From positions 13,516,001 through 13,580,000 of the forward strand of contig CM106585.1 in assembly GCA_048013815.1 (NCBI GenBank): a stretch of DNA of 64,000 bases, given 5' to 3'. The translations under genes were made by a program, and so were the position numbers. This document shows, one piece after another, positions 26,931 through 37,064 of this stretch (position 1 is the stretch's first letter; each line of letters starts with the position of its first letter). Source of the DNA: Setoptus koraiensis. Taxonomy: Eukaryota; Animalia; Arthropoda. The notes beneath the pieces were generated by a model. It did no database searches. It worked only from the letters and a program-made list of their open reading frames with translations, and was not told where the DNA came from.

Positions 26931-28086
26931 AGTCGGGATGTCGCGCGCGCGCGATCGAATCGCGTAATTAATGTTCGCCCATTCGACCGATGGCAGACGC
27001 CCATTGGGACGCAGCGCGCCAGAATGACATTTGGCGCTGAATCGCGGTGGGACCATGTGCTGTCATCGCGAGTCGCGACAGTGACACGGAGCGCAGTTAT
27101 CGATTGTTACATCACGCGCGCATTTCTTCGTTTGTTAGTATGATTTTGCTCATTAGTTTGCAGCGCTCGCTCTTGGCAACGCCGACGGGCCAATGTCACA
27201 TTGGCAATGTGACACCTGTGCAGGTTTGTGTGGTTGCCAGTGCAACTGGCCAGTCAACGGTGCATGTTTGCTGGCCATTGGCCGCCACCGATGGCGGTTG
27301 CCAGCGATCGCCAACAACAGCACATGTTGTTGCGACATGCGCGACATGTGCACATGAGCTTGCGCACGCCGCATGTATTACATAAGCGTATTACATAAGC
27401 GCATTACAACTTGTGGAGCTACAACATGATGAAACTGATTTCAACAAGTTGCGCAACAACAATAACAACCAATGGACATCTAGATTGGCACCTTGCACTG
27501 GGCGAATCGCCCTCATTAATCTAGCCAGAGAGAGAGAGAGCGGCCCTTTGTTTGTCGACGTGTGTTACTACTGGCTGTTATGTTGGCAACACTCAGCATC
27601 GCAGCCAGCTAATCTGGTTAGGTGTATAGAAGCAACTAACAGCGGCCGTCGGTCGAGCAGCCCATTCGAGCCAGCACCGGCTCGAGTGTTAGCGAAAACC
27701 TGATACGTAGACAAAAAGCCAGCGGAAAGAACAAACATGAGCGCAAGTTGTTTAGTTGTTTGTGTGTGTCTCAATGGTTCTTTCAAATTAACTGAAACAA
27801 GAGATTATAATACATTTCTTGAATTGAATGCAGGCTGTGGTAGCAGCTGAATCGGTAGGCTGTCATAGTAGTTGATAGTGGTTGCGAGTGAGCTATAGTA
27901 GTGGCGCTCCTGGCCAACTATATAATGTATGGCAGCCACTATGGCAGCGCCGCAGTGGTAATTGCAAAAGTTGTCGTAGTTGCTCAAGTTGTTGCTCATG
28001 TCATTTATGATTATGATGGCTGTTATTGTTGGCATATACCTTTTAGTCTAAAAACAATTGCAGACATGGCCGCCATTTAGCCAATG

Positions 28087-28087
<1 letters not shown>

Positions 28088-28132
<45 letters not shown>
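28088..28132. repeat. (GTT)n microsatellite
   Basis: Perfect run. Confidence 0.96.
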
Positions 28133-29861
28133 GCGTAGTGGCAGTGCGTTGCGTTGCGCTGCGCTGCGTTGGCTTGCCTAAAAACAATGTGCTAACAATG
28201 CGCACATGAACATGCTGCGCACGCAGTTGGTGCCGCTGCACACAATCTGCAGCTTACAGTCTGCATTCGGGGCTCAACACTGCACTGTACTGTACCTGGT
28301 GGTAGTAATCTGCAGATTGTTTGTCAGCACACTGCAGTCTGGTGAGCACGGCGCTGCTGTCTGCGGCGAGCAGTGGGCCACCAACGCACGCGTCATGGCC
28401 ATTGATAACAGCAACCCATTGCTCGCCATCGGACTTGTTGCGTACACATGGATATATGGCTGTATATATAGGGATATATCCATATATACGATACATGTAT
28501 CGTATATGTGGAGACACATATGGGCAATATGGCCAACCAGGCCAATATGCGCAATACACGGCCAACACAAAATGCCTGTATGAGGCTAATTGATGATTGC
28601 CAATCGACGCAATCGGCGCTGTCGATCGCGTTGGTGTTGGCGTCCAGCTTGCACAAGATATTGGGAATGCGAGCGGCGACAAGTGCGCACCAACGGACGA
28701 GCAAGTGTGTCAATGCCAACCTGTGGTCAAAAATAGACTGTAAGTGGGTCATGCCACACTCAATCCGGTCCAACAATTAGGCGGCTCAATCATTGTTTCG
28801 CGGGCGCTTGTTGCAGCGAATCTCGGGCCCGTGCATCGCACTTGTTCTCACATTCAGGTTCTCAGGTGGCTCCTGCTATCTACTCTAACGTCGTAGTAGT
28901 ACTATGCACTTTGCGTGTATATACGAATCATGTTATACCCACACGACATTCGCCGGCGCAACACCATTGGGCGAGTTTGCGTTTGCAAACTGTTGCAAAA
29001 AGTGTGCACCTTGGCGACGCACACATGCGCCATTTTGTCTGTTGTTGGTGCCTGTTGGCCGCCTCTCTCTCTCTCTCTCATCATCGTCATCAATTAGCCC
29101 GTAGCCATATAATTATGTTTACTCTGCCAGTCTACAACGTACACGCTACAGGAGAGACAAAGTCGTTGTTGTTGCAAGCGCAAAATAGATATAGATACAC
29201 CAACGTCAACAACAGCACCAACAACAACGTCAGATAATGGGCGACCACCATCAACAACAACAACAACACTGATTGGCGCGCGCGCACATGGCACACAAAA
29301 TGCACCATGTGGGCTGCTGCACACAGTGTGCGTGTGTGTGTTTCTTTGTCAAACGCGCACAGTGATGGCATATCGCGCGATCAACAACACCAGCACACAC
29401 ATGTGCTCTTGTTTCACGCCTCGCGACGGGCCGGTGGCGCCCGCTGGCGCACCCAAAACACAACTCCAACATAATTGCAGCCACGTGGTGTCCTCTGCAC
29501 CATAATTGCACTGAGCATGCCCAATTGTTCCTCGAGGCACTCACAGCATAATAAGTAATATACGTTTATGCTACGCATGTTGTGAGTGCTGTGGTACGCA
29601 GCGATGTGCGCAGTCCGCGTGCCGCCCCCATCGCGCTGCTTGCCCGCTAACAATGCAAACAAAGGAGCTAACGGGCGCACTGTACCTGCGCGATGCAACA
29701 TTCTGGGACCCTCTCAACCAGTTACACCCGAGATCATTCATGTGGCGCGTCCATTGCAATTGTCTAGCTCAGGCCCGATTTGAACCAAATAATATGATAA
29801 ATTCATCTATATCTACTTTATTTTAATTAATTTGTAAAAAAGCCCAATATAAAGAGTAACT

Positions 29862-30896
29862 ATGAGCTCCGGATCTCACTCGGAATTGGATTCCTGGGAC
29901 CCTCTCCGTGAACATTACACATCGGAGGTCAACACTCTGGGTTTGGACGTGACTAGTGACGCCAGCGCTGCCATTCGTGGTTACCAATCTCTATTGAATA
30001 ATGATTACTGCCAGCATTTTGCCAAATATGGAACCTGCATGGACAAACAATATTGCAGAAAAAAGCACCTTGGACCTAATAATGAGGAATTGAACGCCGA
30101 AAAGGAATTTGTCTTTGCGGAGCCTATGATCAGGCGCGACTTCTTTTATGCTAACTCGTCGCAATTATTATTTGCGGATGTTACGTACATAGACAGGCCC
30201 AATTTCTTCTATGTGATGTTGCCCTTTGGAAGGAAGGACTTCAGACACTACAGACGCAAGGATTTGAATTACTTCTCACACAAGAAATACAGAGACTCTC
30301 CAGCGAGACTTGTCTTGGACCAATGTCACAGAGAACTTAAATCCCTGTATGACACAAATTATAGACACGACAACATTAACATTGCACCTGCAATATCGCA
30401 ATTAGTTGCAGTAAAGCTTGCCAATGGTTCCTATTTTAGAGCAGTGGTCACGGACATCAAGTATAGTGATGAATTGGTTGATACTTATGAAGTTAGGCTA
30501 ATCGATACAGGAGCTTTCTACATGCTGCCTCGAGAAAGGATCCATCCATTTCCAGCAAGATTTTTGAGTGTCTGTCCGCTTGCAATACCGTGTCGATTAC
30601 CATTAAGCGTTATTAGAGATGAATCAATTCCTGAAACAGAATTAGTGAAAGGTTGGCCAAAAAAGTCTATGGAAAAATTCGTAGAATTCTGCTCCGGTAG
30701 AGATTTACTTATTAGATTGTTTCATTATAATGACATGGACGAGGCATATACAGTCGACTTATTCGACTTCAACAAAAAGACAAGTTTGATAGAATTGATG
30801 CTTGAGAATCGTCTCGCTAATAAGATTGATTATGATGTCAACGACTACACGTGGATGTCGAAATTTGCCGAAAATTTTGATGATGGATTCATATAA
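29862..30896 (+). CDS. CCCH zinc finger + extended Tudor domain protein, 344 aa, intronless
   Basis: C-x7-C-x5-C-x3-H (CQHFAKYGTCMDKQYCRKKH); extended Tudor signature FYVML...LVAVKLANGSYFRAVV...VRLIDTG...RFLSVCPLAIPCRL typical of TDRD-type proteins. Confidence 0.8.
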   Translation: MSSGSHSELDSWDPLREHYTSEVNTLGLDVTSDASAAIRGYQSLLNNDYCQHFAKYGTCMDKQYCRKKHLGPNNEELNAEKEFVFAEPMIRRDFFYANSSQLLFADVTYIDRPNFFYVMLPFGRKDFRHYRRKDLNYFSHKKYRDSPARLVLDQCHRELKSLYDTNYRHDNINIAPAISQLVAVKLANGSYFRAVVTDIKYSDELVDTYEVRLIDTGAFYMLPRERIHPFPARFLSVCPLAIPCRLPLSVIRDESIPETELVKGWPKKSMEKFVEFCSGRDLLIRLFHYNDMDEAYTVDLFDFNKKTSLIELMLENRLANKIDYDVNDYTWMSKFAENFDDGFI

Positions 30897-31714
30897 TTCC
30901 GAGGAGGATTATCACCACCAGATTGATTTACAAAATATTTGTCCATTCAGTACCGTAAAAAACTCAACAATAAATGACAAATCTTCCATTGTTTCCTACA
31001 AATCAGCTTACTTTTTAGTTTCGACCCTGAAATTACATTGCTCCTTGAAACACTTTCAATTTCACAGCCGATCAATTTGCTCCATATCAGAGATCTCAGA
31101 TTTGCGTCAAGCATCTGGTTGATCTTTAAGACGTCATTTTTCGGAATTTGGATATTGTGAGCAGAGGCTGTCCCGAGATATGTTTCGATTTCCCATCGCA
31201 ACGTTAAAATTCATCGATATCAAATGAATCAATATCATCTGGAAAAATGTTAAGACGCTCAAAGGGCGTAGAATAGTTCAGAGGTCCTGAGGTGCCTAGC
31301 AGTCTAATGGTCAAAGATAATGTGAGGGCTCTCCATAAAATTAACCATCGACAGTTGCCTTTGCTACCCTATACAATAACATCCACAAGCGCACAAAAAC
31401 ATACAAAAGCGCCGCACAGAAAAACATCTTGAATTTACACAAACACATCTACACAAGAAGCACAACAATAATAATAAAATAAATATAAAATTATAAAAAA
31501 TAATGTAGCAAATAAATAAAATAAATATTATCATTAATCAATCTATTTGTTTGGTTGGATACATATTTCGTTTTATCAGATACAAACTACAACCGCATGG
31601 TCAAGAATTATATTTACCCGAGGGAATACTGCACCTCTTCAATCCATTTTGTGTTTTGGTACAAAAATAACTATTTCACGGAGGGGCATTCAACAAGCAA
31701 TTAACAAAATTAAT

Positions 31715-33001
31715 ATGGCACACTTGAAACGTTTCGAAGATGATGTAATAATAGCTTGTGAAAATGGACAAATCACAGCACCCAGATATCTGCTATCTAA
31801 CTGTAGCTGTTATTTAAGGCGCATTCTATTGGAGTTCGCAGAAAAATACCCTGGTCAGAAACCAATGGTTATATTGCAGGATTTAAAATACAACGATGTA
31901 AGATTATTGATTAACTACATGCATGACGGTAAATTGGCTTCATCCCTTGACAGTTCACAGACCCTACAAAAAGCTGCCGAAATATTATGCATAGATAATC
32001 TATTAGGAATAACTAAAGAACACACAACGGCTTATGATCCCAATGTTCACCGGGTAGTTGCCTTGGAGGATAGATCAGCAGACCAACAAAACCAACAAGT
32101 TACTAATAATCATCAACAAGCACTTCATTTCACACCTCAATCGTTGGCCAATTTAGAAAGAGGCTCCATGCTAGCTAATAAGCAACACCAACAGCATCAG
32201 CAACTGAATACATCGATGTTGCAACATTCCCTTGTGAATGTAAATAATATCAATAACTCTAGTGTATCTCAAGTTGTTGGCATCAATTCAGGCACCAGCT
32301 ATTCAAACTCGGGTTATGTGGAGCACCCACAAGCTCATAAAAGAAGAGAGAAGAAAAACAAACAGAGTCCAAATAAATATCCTACATCAACGAATGCAAT
32401 CAATAACGCCTCTAACTCACCGTTCAACGCTCAATCCGGTCAATATGTGTACCAGCAAAACGCACACTCGTCAAGACCTCGCACATTCAACTCAGATGAT
32501 TTAGGTACAAGCCATATTATACTTGAACCAGCTCAAATAATAAACTCCCAACAAGTACAAAAGAAGGGTTCAGGAAAAAGAAAGCGAGTAGATCTGACGC
32601 CGATAGTTTATGCTCCGCAAGAAATAGGTCAAAATTCAGATGTAAAGAACCGTATTAGGTGCCCTTGGTGCGTGAAATCACTATCAAGCAAATATAATCT
32701 AGAACGTCACATTAAAAATATTCATGGTTCGTCCGAGCAGGGATTGATGAATATGCAGATAGTTTCGCTCGGTAAATATAAAGTCTGTCCTGTTTGCAAC
32801 AAAACTATGTCAAGTAAATTCAATCTTCAACGTCACATGAAAAACTTACATGGCGGATTGACTGCTCTACCAGAAACAACTAATAGCACCTCGAAGAATC
32901 CTAGCCGATACAAAGTAGCTTGTCAGCTTTGTAGTAAAACGTTATCTCACAAATATAACCTCGACAGGCATATGAAAAACGTTCACAAATCTTATCAATA
33001 G
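31715..33001 (+). CDS. Tramtrack-like BTB/POZ + three C2H2 zinc fingers, 428 aa from first ATG
   Basis: BTB motif DVIIAC...APRYLLSNCSCYL...KPMVILQDLKYNDVRLLINYMHDG...AAEILCIDNL; three C-x2-C-x12-H-x4-H fingers near the C-terminus. The start is uncertain because the frame is open from 31547. Confidence 0.88.
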   Translation: MAHLKRFEDDVIIACENGQITAPRYLLSNCSCYLRRILLEFAEKYPGQKPMVILQDLKYNDVRLLINYMHDGKLASSLDSSQTLQKAAEILCIDNLLGITKEHTTAYDPNVHRVVALEDRSADQQNQQVTNNHQQALHFTPQSLANLERGSMLANKQHQQHQQLNTSMLQHSLVNVNNINNSSVSQVVGINSGTSYSNSGYVEHPQAHKRREKKNKQSPNKYPTSTNAINNASNSPFNAQSGQYVYQQNAHSSRPRTFNSDDLGTSHIILEPAQIINSQQVQKKGSGKRKRVDLTPIVYAPQEIGQNSDVKNRIRCPWCVKSLSSKYNLERHIKNIHGSSEQGLMNMQIVSLGKYKVCPVCNKTMSSKFNLQRHMKNLHGGLTALPETTNSTSKNPSRYKVACQLCSKTLSHKYNLDRHMKNVHKSYQ

Positions 33002-33371
33002 ACTAATTATAACACGTTTAACTATGATGAATATTATTTGATAATGAACACACTATGACATATAGCTTACTTGTGTAACTAAAACCATGAACTATCAATA
33101 ATACAATAATAATAAAATCAACATCTAGATATTGTAATCTTCTTCTTCGCAGATTGATTTCCTCCTTATTTAAAACTTTGTAACTTAATATTAATTAGTC
33201 CTAACTGCTTCAAGATGTTCTTGTTATCAGTGTTTTATGATATAGTTGATGAAAAGTGTGAATTTCGGGGTACCTAAATATCTCTCTTTTTTTAAATAAA
33301 TTTCTTCATAATTAAATTCTCTTGTACTAGACATTCTAAAACTATTATTACTTGATGAAATTGGCTGTTAT

Positions 33372-34947
33372 CTATAAATTGGCTAATTGTTTGGCTAATT
33401 GGGCCTCTTTTAGCTTTTGTTGTTGATTCCTGTAGGCGACCGCTGCTACTAGGGCTGCACCACGTCCACTACCGTCTTCTGACAGCATTAGGTCAAATTT
33501 GTATTTGGGATCTACTAATTCCTCAATTTTTCTTCTCATTAGGTTCTGAAAGTGTGGATGATGGCGATAAACTGAACCGTCGACACCAACTGTGGTAAAA
33601 TCGCGTTTCATTCTATTCAGCAATGTGGCCACGGCTGCCGATACCAAATGAGCGGCCCTAGATGATACACGGGCACAAATCAACTGTACATTCCTGATGT
33701 CTTCTTCGCTAACTGATGTTATACCAAACACCTCATTCAATACCCATCTTGTCTGAATGGTTTCACCATTACGATCCGACTCCACTATTGAAACATAATT
33801 AGTGCCAAACTTATAAGGCACTATCATCTTACAAGATATCTTTCCACCAAATAAATATCCTCTTTTTGTGAGATCAACAATTATACGGCGCACAATTTCG
33901 CCCATGTACATACCTGAGATCATTTTCTCAAATATTTGATTGCCTCGATTTATGGAGAATTCGTCCAATTCATGATCCCATTTAGTTCTTATAAAATCAA
34001 GACAACCATTATCACCAAATGCTCCCCATTCTGTATTCACTATTATTTGCTGTGGCTCTGGATCGGGCACCAAATTACCACCATTAGGCTTCTCAAACAA
34101 CTCGACCTTATCTAATTGTTCCATGTAGCAGGCATTTGAGCCGGTGCCAACTATAATACCTATCCGACAATCTTTGTTTTTATGGGCACAAGACATAAGT
34201 GTACCAGTGGTGTCGTTGAGTACAGCCATAACATCAATGTCGATATCTTTTCGTCGTTTTATAGCTTCGCGCAATAGTGTCACCACATCACGCCCCTCCA
34301 CATTGGTACACCTGAATCCCTTAGTCCAAGTTACCAGTTTTGCTTTGGTCAGACCCTCTTGTCGACAGGGGAAACTGAAAGTGAAGCCTAATGGCAAACA
34401 ATATTGTTTTATGTCGCGCCTCTCAATAAAATGGGCTAAGCACTCGGCTATGTGATCGAAGAGCTACAGGCATAAAGAAAATGATAAATATAGAGAGAAT
34501 AATAGACGAGAGATATCGTGTTACAATGACAGATAGATGTTTGATGTAGATAAAGAGAAAAGATGATTGTATACAATATAATAAGTCGAGACTGCTTACC
34601 TGTTGACCGGAACCCAGCATGACCTCCTGAGGCACAGCGTAGATTTCTGATTCCATGTCGAAATGGGGCCCGTCGATCTCAATGAGGAGAACGCGAAAGT
34701 TTGTGCCGCCCAAATCCAAGGCCAGAAATCGACCTTTTTCAGTGCCGTCGGGTACGTCTCTGACGTAAGTGGGATACATCTTGATTCTAGCTTCGTCATT
34801 AGTATCCTTGGCTAAACCTAAATTCATCTCGTCCACTAATGACGATTGTAGCGTGTTTAATTGATCTCTAGTTATTATGAGTTCACGTGTTATCTGCTCT
34901 ACGTTCAGCATCTTGGCTGCTACTTCTTCTTTGTCTGCCGCTAACAT
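33372..34947 (-). CDS. HK: Hexokinase (single-domain, ~50 kDa type), 479 aa, 2 exons
   Basis: Exons 34947-34600 and 34463-33372 joined by a GTAAGC...TAG intron of 136 bp. Motifs FLALDLGGTNFRV, LPLGFTFSFP, NDTTGTL, FEKMISGMYMGE, SEDGSGRGAALVAAV. Confidence 0.98.
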
Positions 34948-37064
34948 TGGATACGGTAATGATATATGTCAACAATTAATTAATTAAATATATAGGTACT
35001 AAGCTCGATTAAATTATTAAAACTAAACTATCAACTATTCAACAATGATGTTTAGAGGGTATAATGATTAATAATATGTGAGTGTGTTGATATTGATGTA
35101 AGATAATTATAAATTATTTTAGTAAAAACTTGTATGAATAATATAAATAGGTGTGTGATTCGATGAGTGAGATGTAGTTGTGGTGGTCGTTGTGATGTTA
35201 GTTGCGGTTGGCGTTGTTGCGGTTGTTGTTGTTGCGGTTGATGTTGTTGTTGTGGGTTCTGCTGTTGTTGTCACTTGAGAGATTTGTAGGTCCTTGTTGA
35301 AGGTGCCTCGATTGTTATTGTACCAACATTGACACCACAATAGTAGCAGGCTCTTGATGATGATTTTCTAACTACCACTACCACTTAAATATGTCATTGC
35401 CACGACACACACGCACGCACACAGACATAGCAGCACAGTAGTAGTAATGTTAGCAAATAGAGAGCATGGTATATTTGGACTCGGACGTCTTGGCTTGTTC
35501 TTTTTCTTTTTCTTCTTCTTTTTCTTTTTCTGCTTCTTCTTCTTCACTTCTATATGCCGATAACGCCTAGTGCATTCGCGATCACGGCGACGTCTGGCGC
35601 TCAACGAAAGCCAACATTTATTTTTAGACACGGGCGATGCAGTGCACTACACACGCATTGAGTATATAGCGCTTGTAAATTTTCATGTTTCATGTTTCTC
35701 TTTCTCTCTATACCCGACAATCATTGTATCACAGAAACAACCATTGACTCTCTTCGCGGACTGTTCGCAAACTGCGCTAGAGGAAGCACCGCACCTCCCG
35801 CCGGTGCCCTCTACAGCACACACGCACGCACACACTCTTTCGTACCCCAAAGTGGGTGCGTCCAATTATCTGTCTCATGCTATGTGTATGCCGTGAATAG
35901 TAAGCCTCCGAGAATTGGTAGCCGGCCGACAGACGGCGCCCCGGCATGCCTCTAGTACCCCAAAACTAGCGAATAGCGCATAGTGACTTTCTATGTCGCG
36001 TCTCTTGCTTATAGCGCCACACCGAACACAAGCGCGGCTCACAAGTTAGTTTCCGATAATAAATTATTAGCCCCTATTGAAAAGGCATTCCCTGTCGCCA
36101 TTGCTACGGCTGGTTCAATGTTGATTTTGTGAAAGGCGACTCTCTAATAGCGATATACTGTGAGAGATATACTAGCAATGCTACCGCTAGTCTTCAAGCT
36201 AGTGTTGCACAACGACAACAACAACTAGCTTGCGAACAATATGCAAATATCTACCATTGCGCCATTAGTGCGCAATCGCCGACAGACCTATGTACTGACG
36301 CAAGTGTTGGCGTCCTTCAAATGATACTGCCAGACTAGCGCCAATGATCGGAGCGGCATCTATCGTTTGGACGGTTGAACGATTTGGATCGATTTTTAAC
36401 AGGCTCACAATTATTAAATTACTCATATACACATTAATGAATGCGTCATAGTGTTTCAACACAATATTTCGCAAAACAACTAACAATTCCTGGTAACCAA
36501 CAAATGATCTTGCCAATAGCCGTTGCTTGAGGGGGCAAATGACCGCTCGCTGAAGCCCGCCGACTAGACAGGACATTGGACACCACAATTATCAGCGCTG
36601 TTCATCGTAGTGCCATTAATAAATGCCCAAGTGTGAAGAAACGCTAACAAGATGACTCGTGTTACAAGCATCCCAATGGTACCTCTTTGTGATTGACACT
36701 CACTCTAGTTCATCTGCCCCAAGCCAACAACACACAGCTAGAGTTATAATCCAGTTGACTCATCAACATTAAGTAGTCTCACATGCACACAATTGTAACG
36801 GGTCATATCATGAATCCAATGACACATACGCTCACATATGATCCATAGATTTGTGCATCCATTATTTTAATAATACGTAATGTTGTTACATGTTACATAC
36901 AACAATACACTGTCTTACATTTGATACAATACTCGCCATGGCGGCCCGCTGGTGACAGTACCTATTCCGAGAGGGGCACACATACTCGAGACACAAACAA
37001 CAGCAACAGCAACAACAAACAAACAACAGCAGCAACAACTATTACATTAGGAGAAACAACAACA

